Below are positions 1-10,900 of a stretch of DNA of 36,098 nucleotides, piece by piece. The DNA is taken from positions 1 through 36,098 of the IMG/VR virus record IMGVR_UViG_3300020368_000002; one strand, 5' to 3'. The position numbers and the translations under genes are program-made. Positions within the stretch are counted from its first letter, which is position 1. Each line of letters begins with the position of its first letter. The stretch is from a virus (Duplodnaviria; Caudoviricetes). Below the pieces are notes generated by a model that worked only from the letters and a program-made list of their open reading frames with translations, was not told where the DNA came from and did no database searches.

Positions 1-115
1 ACGAACGCCTTCTTCTAGGAAATAAACTGAGAATCCCAACAACAGGCAAAACCCCTGCCTCGGGAATCGACGTATACTCATCTTCCCACAAACCCAAATC
101 AAAAAGGAGCATCTC

Positions 116-421
116 TTGCCCACTTTCACCGAAAGCAACGAATGGATCGACGAGGAGGTCATTTTGCTCGATGGCCTGGAAGAGGCTTTGATTGGGATCG
201 GTGAGCAGAATGGCGGCATCGGGCAGGTAGCTACCTACAGCGTCAGAAAAATACTGGACATCCTGATGACCAGAGACGACATCTGTTGGGAATGCGCTTT
301 CGAGTTTTTCAACTTCAACATCGCTGGCCTCGGCCTTGGCGACAAGACTCCCATCTTGGTCCACGACCTCAAGCGCGACGACGCTATCCGGCACTCCGAC
401 ACCTGTAGCTGCTGCGATTGA
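116..421 (+). CDS. Conserved phage hypothetical protein
   Basis: AAAAAGGAG RBS before TTG; pattern LLDGLEEALIG...YSVRKIL..L...AFEFFNFNIAG...GDKTPI resembles a common family in aquatic phages. Only credible plus-strand gene. Confidence 0.75.
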   Translation: MPTFTESNEWIDEEVILLDGLEEALIGIGEQNGGIGQVATYSVRKILDILMTRDDICWECAFEFFNFNIAGLGLGDKTPILVHDLKRDDAIRHSDTCSCCD

Positions 422-600
422 GCCAATCGTTGTTGAGAGACCCAAGACAAAATCCAATGACTCTTTGCCGGCAAGCGTAGAAACAACAGTAAGAGCCAAC
501 GTAAGACGCTGGTTCTTGGCACTGATTTCTTTGCATCGACCCTCGCAATCAGAGAGCTTCTGAGATTCTTCAGCCTGTCGCTCTTCGCACTTGGGGCAGG

Positions 601-819
601 TCACTTCCGCCCTTTCCAGTTGACACGACCAGGTCCGGTTTTGCGTTTGACAGCCGATTTTTTGCACTGGGCCATGGTTGGCCGGCAGGCGGGGTATGGG
701 CGGTTTTTGTCTTTTTTACCGCTTCTGCCGCATGGTTTGCCGGTCTTGCAGTCAATCCAACCCTTGCCCTTGTTCTTACTGAACCAGGTACGCAGACTGT
801 TGGCTTTTCTCTTTGCCAT
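601..819 (-). CDS. Small basic Cys-containing phage protein
   Basis: 72 aa, K/R-rich; SLRTWF...GWIDCKTGKPCGR...RPYPACRP pattern seen in aquatic phages; start overlaps the upstream stop. Confidence 0.75.
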   Translation of the reverse strand: MAKRKANSLRTWFSKNKGKGWIDCKTGKPCGRSGKKDKNRPYPACRPTMAQCKKSAVKRKTGPGRVNWKGRK

Positions 820-974
820 TACTTACGCTTCTTGCTCTTGTTGCCATAGTTGGCCGCACCAACTTTGCGACATTGCACAATCCGACCAGAGGCGTACGCA
901 GAAGGAAAGACCTTTGCCTTGGCTTTCACCTTGTGGTAGCAAGCGTCTTTTTTACCTTTTTTCTTTTTAGCCAC
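819..974 (-). CDS. Small basic phage protein
   Basis: GTG start at 974 preceded by GAAAGAAGG; KKDACYHKVK...FPSAYASGRIVQCRK. The ORF track extends it to 1070, but that extension overlaps another plausible ORF. Confidence 0.7.
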   Translation of the reverse strand: MAKKKKGKKDACYHKVKAKAKVFPSAYASGRIVQCRKVGAANYGNKSKKRK

Positions 975-1089
975 GGCGTGCCTTCTTTCGAGGTTTGGTC
1001 GCCTTCCGCCTGGCGGAGGGCGCTCGCTTGATGGTTTTTGCGTTCCGCTTCTTGGCGGCTGCGAACTCACATCGACCTGCGCCGTGCAT
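967..1089 (-). CDS. Tiny basic protein (40 aa), not in ORF track
   Basis: Hand translation MHGAGRCEFAAAKKRNAKTIKRAPSARRKATKPRKKARRG*; fills the gap between neighbours with short overlaps. Confidence 0.5.
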   Translation of the reverse strand: MHGAGRCEFAAAKKRNAKTIKRAPSARRKATKPRKKARRG

Positions 1090-1192
1090 TTCCAGCCTTC
1101 TTTGTGACTTTCTTCTTCTTCTTCTTAGCAGCCCTTGCCGCAGCCATACCAGCCTTGGTGTAGGGGTACTTCTTACCGTTTACATTTGGCAT
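1067..1192 (-). CDS. Tiny basic protein (41 aa), not in ORF track
   Basis: Hand translation MPNVNGKKYPYTKAGMAAARAAKKKKKKVTKKAGNARRRSM*; GAGGA RBS just after the terL stop; MPxVxGKKxPYT pattern recurs in aquatic phages. Confidence 0.7.
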   Translation of the reverse strand: MPNVNGKKYPYTKAGMAAARAAKKKKKKVTKKAGNARRRSM

Positions 1193-1200
1193 GAGAATCC

Positions 1201-2868
1201 TCAGTGTTGTATAAATCTTGGAGCTGGCATGCATGCGAGACCCATTGCCTCGTAATGCTCACGGAGAGCCTGCTCCTTGGCTTCCGATCTTCTTCTCTCC
1301 GCAGTGATCTGGGGGTCGACGCCCATCGACTCTTGCCACATTTTGACGCACATGGCAAGTGCTTCGATCTCGTCATCGTGCTTCAGGCAGTTGCGTTCTC
1401 GGGTGAGTCGCGTGTACTGCCGCTGAAACTCCTGATCCGTGGCGATCGCCGGCGGAATGATCAGCCGGTGTTGGTTCGTGATCGGCTCCAAGGCGGACAG
1501 AATCCGCACTTCCTTCTGGCCGGCAACCCGAACCGTGTTGATTGACGCTCCCCAATCGTCGTCAAACAGTCGATGGATGTATGGCTGGAACAACTCCACG
1601 AACATCCCCTGCCCGAAGTTGTCTTCGACGAAGATCTCGCGTACACCGTGCCGCTTGGCCTCGTTCGCCAGCGAAGACAGCACGCCAGAGGAGTAGCCTC
1701 CCTCGAGGCCAGACAGCCGCAGGACGTGCAGATAGCCGTTCAGCTCGCCAATGATGGCGAATGCGGTCTTATCAGCGCCTCGGCCAGAGGGGTCAACCCA
1801 CATCTTGACGCCCGTGTACTCGGACCAGTCATCGGAGTACATGATTGGGGAGTGGAACCCGTCTGATCCGAAGCCCAGACTGGGGATCTCCTCCATCCGG
1901 GTCGAAGATCCGTACTTGTCAGTCATCCCCCACGCTACGGTCATGGGCGCTGAACTGGTTTCGGTGTGCATGCAGACCAGGTCCGCCAGCTTGAGCGGGT
2001 ATTCAAGACCATCAGTCAGCTTGGTCATGAGCATGTACTGCATGGCAAACAGAGATCGACCCTCAGAAGCCTCACGCTCAGTCAGTTCGTCGTCATCAAA
2101 CCGTGCCGGCCATACGGGCGTTCCTGGCCTCATGCCGTCGTACATCAACTCCTGAATCTCAGGGGCCAGGTCGTCGGTCTGCTCGCTCTCCTGCGGGATC
2201 CTAGCGGGGTAGCACTGGAACTTGTAGCCCGCGTCCATCATCTTGTCGTACAGCGACTCTTGGTGAAACGGCGTCCCTAGGAAAATCACGTCACCGCCAG
2301 GGACGATGATGTTGTCCAGCTCGGTGACTTCGTTCCGAAGACGCTCTCGCATCTCGTAGGTCATCGAGTTCTGCATCGATTCGATGTCGTCACCGATGAT
2401 CAGGCTTGCTCGAGACCCAGTGATCTGGCCCGTGATGGAGGCGGCGGTGAATGATGGCGTCCGGTCGTTGTCCGAAGTCCCAATATCAAACTTGGTGGCG
2501 CTATCCCGCTGCCCCCCCTTGCGGTCGGGGGTCATGTGCTGGAGCCATGGCACTTGTCCAATCCACTTTCGCACCATGTACAGGGAGTCTTTGGAGTGCT
2601 TTTCTGACTTGGAGATGATCAGAACCCGCTCGTTGGGGTTCCTGAAGAGACGCCAGGTGGCGTATCCCAGAGTCACAAACGTCTTCGACGCCCCACGGAA
2701 CGCTCGTATCCCCCGCCGGCGTGGCCCGTCTTGGAGGAACCTCGCGATCCACCTCTGGTGTTCTGCGATCGGCGGTAGTCCGATCTCGACCCAGAGCGTT
2801 TCAAGGAAGAACTCGAAGTCATTCGCGAGTCTTGAGATGAGTTCACGGGCCTTCTCCTCTTGGTTCAT
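1201..2868 (-). CDS. terL: Terminase large subunit (T7 gp19-like)
   Basis: AFRGASKT (Walker A), GSRASLIIGDDIE (Walker B), LGTP, VDPSGRGADKT nuclease motif, HDDEIEALA. Confidence 0.95.
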   Translation of the reverse strand: MNQEEKARELISRLANDFEFFLETLWVEIGLPPIAEHQRWIARFLQDGPRRRGIRAFRGASKTFVTLGYATWRLFRNPNERVLIISKSEKHSKDSLYMVRKWIGQVPWLQHMTPDRKGGQRDSATKFDIGTSDNDRTPSFTAASITGQITGSRASLIIGDDIESMQNSMTYEMRERLRNEVTELDNIIVPGGDVIFLGTPFHQESLYDKMMDAGYKFQCYPARIPQESEQTDDLAPEIQELMYDGMRPGTPVWPARFDDDELTEREASEGRSLFAMQYMLMTKLTDGLEYPLKLADLVCMHTETSSAPMTVAWGMTDKYGSSTRMEEIPSLGFGSDGFHSPIMYSDDWSEYTGVKMWVDPSGRGADKTAFAIIGELNGYLHVLRLSGLEGGYSSGVLSSLANEAKRHGVREIFVEDNFGQGMFVELFQPYIHRLFDDDWGASINTVRVAGQKEVRILSALEPITNQHRLIIPPAIATDQEFQRQYTRLTRERNCLKHDDEIEALAMCVKMWQESMGVDPQITAERRRSEAKEQALREHYEAMGLACMPAPRFIQH

Positions 2869-3575
2869 CGTCGGGTCCGAAGCCTTCCAGCAGTTCCAGC
2901 CAGCCGATCACGGCCACATGGCTTGTTTGCGTCTAAACCCTTGGGGAATGTAAATACAAATGTCACCGCGCCACCAGTATCCAAACTGTTGAAGCTACTG
3001 GCAAAAGCATTTGTATGGTCTCTGACAGCCATAGTTAGTTTGGGAAGAGGACCAGCATTAGTTGAGCCAATGTAATTTTCGATCGTTTGAAATTTTACAT
3101 CACCATCGATGGTGGAATCTCCAGCCGAAGCGCCGTCTGGTGGAACAGCATTTGGCCCCCCTGGGAAAATAAATTGAAACACAAAGCTGCCGAACAAAAG
3201 GTCTCGGTAAGCACCATAAATTTCTACAAATGGGTTGCACTCTCGGAAGACTTCTCCCGATTTGTACTGACTTTCGCCTCTGATAATGAATTCCAAAGTG
3301 ACTATCGTCTGATCACCGGAATCTATATCTCCAGCGATGAATTGAAAAGATCCTCCGGGCAGCACTGACAAAAACAAACCGCTACTCGAACCGGGGAAAT
3401 CAGAAGCAAACTTGCCATCAATTGTGTCATTTGGATGAAACAACTCTCTTTTGTTGTTGCTGAGATTTTTGTTAACCACTCCATCCAACCGAACACATGG
3501 ATCGGAGTTGACATCTACAAATTGCAGCAAAGTTTTGGTATCAGTGTTGCTGCTATCTCCAGTTGCAACTGCCAT
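2865..3575 (-). CDS. Hypothetical protein, beta-rich, possibly virion-associated
   Basis: 236-aa ORF coupled to both neighbours; AT-richer than flanks; no recognised motif. Confidence 0.65.
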   Translation of the reverse strand: MAVATGDSSNTDTKTLLQFVDVNSDPCVRLDGVVNKNLSNNKRELFHPNDTIDGKFASDFPGSSSGLFLSVLPGGSFQFIAGDIDSGDQTIVTLEFIIRGESQYKSGEVFRECNPFVEIYGAYRDLLFGSFVFQFIFPGGPNAVPPDGASAGDSTIDGDVKFQTIENYIGSTNAGPLPKLTMAVRDHTNAFASSFNSLDTGGAVTFVFTFPKGLDANKPCGRDRLAGTAGRLRTRR

Positions 3576-4432
3576 TAGTCAGCCCTCACTACTTGATGTT
3601 TGATGTGTGTTCCGTCTCGGTAAAATCGTAGCCACTGAGCGCCGATTGGCTTTGGGGGTCCGCCACGTTCAATGTGCCAACCGCCAAATCCATCGCCGTA
3701 CTCGTCTTTGTATGTCCCGCACCGAATGTGCGTCTGCTCGTCCATGAAAACCTCGCCATTTTTGGCCAGACGCTCACGGGCGATTGGGACTTGCCACTGA
3801 TCGTGCGTGTGACCAGACACGACCAGGTGGGCGTCCGGTAGAAACACGCTCATTCGGTTGGTCTGAATCACGCCACGGGTCACAGGTCCGCCGCCCCCAG
3901 AGCCATGGAAGTACTTCAGATTGATTCTTTTCTTGGAAGTGTTGGTCCGCTTGAAGATAAACCGGACCCAGCCTCCATATCCGCCGGCATGGACCTCTTC
4001 CCCCGTCTTCGTCATCAGAGCTTGAGTCAACCGATCCGTCAGATCCGTCTCGTGCCGTTTGCAGATCGCGGTTTCGTGGTTGCCTCGCCCGATCAGCACA
4101 AACTGCCTGGCGTACGGGCTGTAAAACTCGGTCGCGACCTCGACCAATCGGTCCAGGTACTGCCCATACTGGTACTCCTCTCGCAACGCCGACCGATCGG
4201 CCCGTTTGTCCCACTTGCCCTGCATGGCGCAGAACAAATCGCCAACGTCGATGATGCCAGCTCCACGATCTACGCACTGATCCAAGTGTCTTTTTTCGAG
4301 ATCCCAGTCGGTGTGTGCGTTGTCGTGATGCCTGTCCGAAGAAAGCAAGAACCATTGCTCGAATTTGGGAGATTGTGCGTCGATATGGACATTCATCACC
4401 GTTCTGGAGATGGGTTCCAGTAAATACTTCAT
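3575..4432 (-). CDS. Calcineurin-like metallophosphoesterase
   Basis: SDRH, VGDLF, GNHE, FHG and GHTH motifs in canonical order. Confidence 0.9.
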   Translation of the reverse strand: MKYLLEPISRTVMNVHIDAQSPKFEQWFLLSSDRHHDNAHTDWDLEKRHLDQCVDRGAGIIDVGDLFCAMQGKWDKRADRSALREEYQYGQYLDRLVEVATEFYSPYARQFVLIGRGNHETAICKRHETDLTDRLTQALMTKTGEEVHAGGYGGWVRFIFKRTNTSKKRINLKYFHGSGGGGPVTRGVIQTNRMSVFLPDAHLVVSGHTHDQWQVPIARERLAKNGEVFMDEQTHIRCGTYKDEYGDGFGGWHIERGGPPKPIGAQWLRFYRDGTHIKHQVVRAD

Positions 4433-4710
4433 CCCACAATCTCTTTGTCATCCGCAGGTTGCAAATATCTGATGGCAACGACCGCGACCCTGGGGATCGT
4501 GATCACATAATCGTAAGTCTCTAACTGAGGCTTGATTGCACCTGCGATGGTTACATGGTCCTCGGCGTCCGCCACCAAGAAACCAGCTTGGAAGATCCTC
4601 TGTGGCTCAGGCAACTCGTATGCGGTGATATCAGAGTTGGGTACTGGCTCACAACTGTCGACCCAGTCGACAAATACGAAGGGGTATCCTTCGCTACGAG
4701 TGTCTTCCAT
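4429..4710 (-). CDS. Conserved phage hypothetical protein
   Basis: AGGAG RBS; VFVDWVDS...AGFLV...ITIPRVAVVAI pattern of a small beta-barrel-like phage family. Confidence 0.7.
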   Translation of the reverse strand: MEDTRSEGYPFVFVDWVDSCEPVPNSDITAYELPEPQRIFQAGFLVADAEDHVTIAGAIKPQLETYDYVITIPRVAVVAIRYLQPADDKEIVG

Positions 4711-4718
4711 GAATGCTC

Positions 4719-4988
4719 CTATGCAGTAGCGGCATCGTCAGAGGCGTCTAAATCGTGAAGTTTGAAGCCGGTCTTGGACATCTGCTCAACGATGTTGGCA
4801 ATCGGGCTTCCCTGAGTTGGGACCGACGTAACACCGCAATCTTTGAGCCGCTGACGAATGACCTGGAGGTCTGCCGCCGATGCCTCAACCTGCTGCACCT
4901 CGCCGTTTTTGTCCATTATCCGGCGACCCTCACGCAGAATCTTGAGGAGCGCTTGGTCAAACTCATTTCCCATGTTGTCGATGGTCAT
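4719..4988 (-). CDS. terS: Terminase small subunit (T7 gp18-like)
   Basis: 89 aa; ASAADLQVIRQRLKDCGVT...SPI pattern like terS of marine T7-like phages; lies upstream of terL; GGAGG RBS. Confidence 0.75.
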   Translation of the reverse strand: MTIDNMGNEFDQALLKILREGRRIMDKNGEVQQVEASAADLQVIRQRLKDCGVTSVPTQGSPIANIVEQMSKTGFKLHDLDASDDAATA

Positions 4989-7900
4989 TGGTCAAGACCT
5001 CCAATCAGTGCTTCGAGTCTGCGATTCACTTGCTGTCTGGCATTACTAGATCGTTTACGCAGCGGCGAACCTTCAGGAGTGTTGGTTTGGATGTTTTGAT
5101 CCAAAGCGTCAATTTGCTGTTGCTTCAGTTCAAGCCAAGCAGCCTTGAGTTTTGGGTTTTCTTGAAGAGTTGTTGCCCAAGCCAGTTGCCGGAAGCCCGA
5201 AACGATTGACTTGATGCTGTCCGCTGGCATCTTGCCAGTTACAGGGTCTGGGTCAAATCTCAAGAATCCTGGGGCTTTCTCGTCCATCTCATCAATAAAG
5301 AGTTGCAGAGTGCTTCTGAGGGTTACTGGGCCTTTTGGTGATGGGTATGTTTTGGTCATGTTCCGCATCCACTGGTCGTAGGCGGTGAACTCTCCCACGG
5401 TGGCCGGAATCTCACGAAGGTCCAGCGTGCCGAGGTAAACAGGTTTGGGTGGTCGTAGAACCACGCCAGCCCGATCAAGTTCTTTCAAGATGGGATCGTC
5501 GGTCATCAGAGACAACTTGCTGACGTTGATTCTGTTGTTGAAGTTTGCCGGCATGCCAAGAATTGAGGCGTCCATCGAAGTCTCGGTCATAGCTCGAACA
5601 GGCTCGCCCAAGGCGTTGTACTTCGGTGGGATGCCTTCGTTCAGGTTCCCGAACATCGCGGTCTTACCACGCAAGAAGTCGAGGTAGGTTCGATAGTCTC
5701 GGACAATTGGGTCTCTCGCCATGGCAATCTGAGCTTGAGCTGACGCCAATGGTATGAAGCCTTGGGTCTGACCTCGCAAGAAGTTCTCCAGCATTCTTGG
5801 GTCTGAGTCCTGCATGACCTTCGCCAGGTTTGAAATGCCTTGAATGTATGGCTTTTCGTGCATCTGAGCGCCGAAAGTGTGGATCATCGATGAGATAAAT
5901 GCCGCGCCTTCGTTGTCTGAAAGATTGTCAGCCTGATCCTCGAGGTACTCAAAGGTGTCAGCAGCCATAGCCAAGTACTGAGCCAAGGGATCCCACCCCG
6001 TGTAGGACAGGTACTTGTAGACCGGCTCGCCCTTCTCATCATCGCCAGTCTTGATACGGAATGAGTATGGTTGCCAACCAGTTTCTCGAAGCTGTGCGCG
6101 TTCGTTGAAGTCCATTGGACCACCGCCAGTCAAACCAACCTCTTCGTCTTGGGCAATGTCGTATGCGAACAACGCAAAGCCAGTGCCAAAGATCTGTCGA
6201 CCGCGTGCTTCGGCAATACGTCTTGGGTCACCAGAAGCCAAGTCAGCCATGGTGTCTCTGTGAACGTTGAAAAGAGCATTGTCTCTTGAAAGAGTAAATC
6301 CTTCGCCGCCTACCAGTCTTCTGGTTCTGTTGACAACTTCAGCCAGCACGTTGGTCGGAGCCAACGAGAAGAACTTTTCTTGAATCTTCCAAGGTGTTCT
6401 GAAGAATGGCACAACGAATCGCAGCGCGCCGCCCATGGAGTTGTCGAGGAAAGACTGAATCTGCTTGCCAAGAGGACCAAGTTCCCCCTGGAACACCGCA
6501 CGGGTCGCATAGTCCTTGCCGTATCCCACGTTCCTGCTGTGAGTGTCGGTGTGTTCCGTGTTGTAATAGTCTTGGATCGCCTTGATCCTGTCGACTTCAT
6601 TGTCAATCGCAGCGATCTCCGGTCTGTTGACAGCTTCATCAATGATGGTGTAACCGTCACGAAGTCGACCGTCACGAATGACATTGTCCACTTCATTCTC
6701 GACCAGTCGAGAAATGTCTGATCGGTTCTGTGCGATGTAAGACTGCCGTTGCAGGCTGGTCGGTTCTGGCGGCAAGTCCCCTCGATCGATTGCAGCCTTG
6801 ATAACTCGCTCTTGAACTTCCGGCATGAACTTCTGAGACAGAGCAACCCTGGCGTTCATCTGACGGAAGAACTCGTCAAACGTCATGATCGCGCGGGATG
6901 GAGTGCGAACAATTGCACCAACTCCGTTGACAGCACCACGAATCAGTGGGTTGCTTGAGTCTGATCGGATGGCTGGGCCTCTGGTCGCGTCATCCAAGTG
7001 GACGCCTGGCATAAGAGTGGCCTCGCCAGTCTTGAGTGTTCGGACCATGTATTCAAACGAAGCAGCAAGTGACTGGCGAGCGTAGCCAATAGCGTTGAGT
7101 TGCTCACGAATGACTTGCGTGCCTCCAGTGATGTTTCCAGTGGCCATCATTCCCATAGCCCCCATCGTCTTGCTCAAAGAGTCAACGGTTTGATTCAGCA
7201 TTGGTGAGAACACACTAAGAGTGAAGAACGTCTTTGGTCCTGAAAGCAAGTTGTTGACGTAGTACTCTCGGATCATGCTCATTGCACGATTGTTGACTTT
7301 GCCTCCGTTCTTGCCCATCTCACGAACAACCTTGCCAACGAAGCCCAAGTCATCAGGCAATTCGACTTGAGTCAACGCTTCAGCAAGAGCGTTGCTGTCG
7401 CCAACCAAAGCACCTTCGTCCATGCCAAGTGAGACCAAGAATGCGTCAGCAGTTTGGACTGATTGCAACTCGTCAGGAGATGGCAGCTTCACATTCTGCA
7501 TTGCCACACCAGCACGTCCCCAGTTCGTGCCAGCAGCAGCGACGGACGATTGAACAACCTGGTACTCCAGCGCCGCCCTGTGCATTTCTGCGATCGCCAC
7601 CTTGTCGCCAGCCTTGGCTCGCTTGGCAGCGGACACAAGTGCCTGTGCCTTCATGGCCAGCAGCATGTTTGAAGCCATGACTCTGGAGTCCAAAGCCCCT
7701 TGCCCAGTTGTGACTCGCATGTCAACGCCACTGAGCAGTTCGCTCATGGTCTGCTCGATGTCGACATTGTCTCGACCAAGCGCCATGTTCAACCGCTCGA
7801 TAGCCATCTGACGCATTGCGTCGACGTTGCGTGGTCGGACCAGAACGTCCCGTTCCATCAGCTCACGGGTGAATGCGTTCATGTACGCGATCATTCTGAG

Positions 7901-10900
7901 AGCATCTTCTGGAGTCTCCGCACTAAACCTTTCAGCCAGTTGTTTGTCACGGGTCGTGCCGAGGATGTCCTCTGGCTTGACAATCTGAGTCCAGTCCTCG
8001 CCTGCGGCCTCTGCCTCTTCGATCTGCTTGATCAATTTGTCAAAGTTGCCCATGCGAACGTACCGACCTGGTGCGTACTTCTGGGGCAAGACATTGTTTG
8101 CAAGCAAGTCGTCGAGCATCTTGCCGGCAGTTGCATTCATTTTGACGCCAGCATCCCGAGAGTCTTTCAGAACTTCTCGAGTATGTGCGCCAGCGAATTC
8201 AAATGCATCTTGGACACCTTCCGGCAAGTCACGGTGGAGCTGGCCTCGTGGTCCGCCGTCCGCAATCCAAGCCACAAAGTCTTCAGCGAACTTCTCTTCT
8301 TGCGCCCGAGTCCAGTTGCCGCCTTTGACGCCGTACTGCTCTTCGACACGGAGGACAGATTCCTCCTGTACTGGCCCTATGCCTGCTTTGGAGCGTCGTC
8401 CGAAGGCGGTGACTCTGATGGCGTGTCCCGCTTCGTGGATGGCTGTTGTGCCATCGGCTGCTCGGTAGAAGCCGAGGATGGCGACTCCTGCGTCTTGGTC
8501 GACAATCGCACGCCCGCCTGGGTTGACGATTTCTCCGCCCGGCTGCGAAGGGTCTGACTGGTAGAGGGTTTGGTCGCCACCGTCTGTAGGAGGATCCGGT
8601 TCTTCTCTTGGGCCTCCGGCGTCTGGGCTTTCCGGCGGTTCAGTGCGGCCTGAAGTTCTTTCGTTCCAGGGTCGTCCGTCCCAAACTTCTCTAACGACTT
8701 CTTCAGCATCTCGTTCAGCATTTCCTAATACCTCATCAGCTTTCTGTGTGTATTGCAGGCTGTCGCCTATCACGGCAGTGTCAACAGCGATTGGATCGAT
8801 CCGTGCAACACCGTCAACTAGAGCAACGTCACGGAATATATCAACATAGTACTCTTCAAACTTTTCAGCCATCCGCAGTTTGTATGTGTTTGCGTCTAGC
8901 GCTTGCTCTGTTGGACCCCATACATACTCGGGAATGAACTGAGTTCGGATTCCAATAATCCGGTCTGTTGATTCTGCGGCCCTTGTTGCACCAGGCTGCA
9001 CATCCAGAATCGTTTGGAGACCTTCTACTCGCCCGCCCATGCGGCCAATTAGTGCAGAAAGTTCTTCTCTGGTCTTTGGTGAATCAAAGAATATTTCCAG
9101 ACCAGGTCGTGCGTTGGGGAACTGAGTCAGCAGTTCGTCGACCGTCATGTCTCGCGGTACAGCTCCGTCTCCAGTAGTTGTGTTGTCGAGAATACGAGAG
9201 ACAATCACGCTGTCTTGCTGGAACCTCTGTTGCAAATCCGCAGCAACAGTAAGAATGCTTTGCAGTGTAGGTTCTTCCTGCAACGGGTAAACAGTGCGGC
9301 CTGATGCTCTGTCAAACTGCTGTTGGCCAGCCAGTCCTCGGAATCTGCCATATGTGATTTCGGCAGCAATCGAGTCTTCGCCTTCCTTGAGGAACAATCC
9401 AGTGTTCTTGCCAACATTGAATCCAAGCACTGTGTCGTCAGCACTCAGAGCAGCTTCGATCATTGTGGTTGCTTCTGCATCGTCCACTGGCAATGCTGCT
9501 CGAACTTCTAAGTCTCCAATTTGTCGAGGTGGATTATCAGTGACTGTTGATGCACCCAGGGTCACACGTCCAGTCAAATCCGATTGAGCATTCGCCAGCG
9601 TTTGGTCTCCCAATCCTCTCGCGGTTTCTGCATTGCTGAAGAACTTATCAGCCTCAAGGTCAAACGATCCATCAGCGCCAGCGGAGTTGGTCCAGCCTCG
9701 CTTGCTCCATCGCTCTTTCTCGAGGAACCAGACCATGGCCTGAAGGTCGTCTGGTCTCATGTCTCCAAACTCTTCTGGGTACTTCTCACGAAGACGTGTG
9801 GCAATCTCGTCCATGGCTCGTTGGCCAATACCAAACTGGCTGGTGGCAGCGCCTGCATCCGATGTAGCATCCAGCCTGAAGTCAGCAGCCTGGTTGGCTG
9901 TAGCAAAGTTGCCGGCCACGCCTTGCTCTGCTGCTGGCGGCACAGGCTTTGAGCCTGACATGCGGTTGAGGAACCGCGCAGCCCACACGTCAATTGTTGC
10001 AGCACGAGTTACAGCGGCTACGCCAGCTCGGCTTCCTTTTCTTGATGCACCCAAGTTCAAAGCAAAGTTGATTGCTTTGGGAGCAGCACCTTCGATAGGG
10101 TTTTGAGCGCCACGATACGAGGCTGACTCGAGGATCTGGAGCAACGCATCTTGAGTCTCAGTAAGTGAGTCCCCTGCTTTTGCTTTCGTCAGAGCAGACT
10201 TCAGATCATCAACGATGGCTCTGAAGCCCATCCGCTCAAACTCAGGAGGCAAATCTTCAAACGCTTCAAGTCCAATTTCTCTCAACGTCTCTGCTTCAAT
10301 ACGACCATTTTCGTCGAACGGTAGTTTCAGGATTCCGCGTCGAACGTAGTCGTCGACCTGGTCAGGGTCAAAGATGAACCTATCGAATCGGTTGGAGATC
10401 CAGTGGCCGGCAAGAGTGTCCATCACCTTTTGAGAGTTGATGCCGTAACGACTGAGTCCCGCTTGGGCGCTGAAGTCAGCGTTGGAAGCCATTCGTCCTC
10501 GAGTACCAATGATTGGGTTGCCACCTTCGACCCAGTCTTTGAAAGAGCCGCCATTGTCCAAGTGGGTGACATAGTCGTTGAGCAGGTCATCAAACGTACC
10601 GCGAGAGTACTGCTGCATCACATCAATAGTTGACGCAAAGTTTTCGGCAACCTTGGTTCTAGGAGACAAAGCCCCAAGGAGTTCAGCAAACAATGGGGCG
10701 CTGTTACCCCACTCTCGGCCAAGACGTTTCCGCATGGCCGCATACCAGCCTCGGGCATGGTAAATGTTTTGAGCCTGCATGTCGCCAGCTTGAACACGTT
10801 GCATCAAAGCATCAATCTCGGCAACGCCGCGTGTTGCAATCTGATCTACCCGAGCGTCTGCTTCAGGTGATCCAAAGCGTACGTTTTTGCCAGTTCTTTT

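Noticed and set aside
336-563. Plus-strand 75-aa ORF after the 116-421 gene
   Set aside because: No convincing start or RBS and no recognisable features; cannot be supported.
1002-1020. Small GC hairpin CCTTCCGCC/GGCGGAGGG
   Set aside because: Lies within a probable small ORF and lacks a U-tract; not distinguishable from chance.
3774-4478. 234-aa same-strand overlapping ORF
   Set aside because: Out-of-frame overlap of the clearly motif-bearing metallophosphoesterase.
7700-8557. 285-aa plus-strand ORF and many similar antisense ORFs
   Set aside because: Shadow frames of long minus-strand genes with no protein-like motifs.
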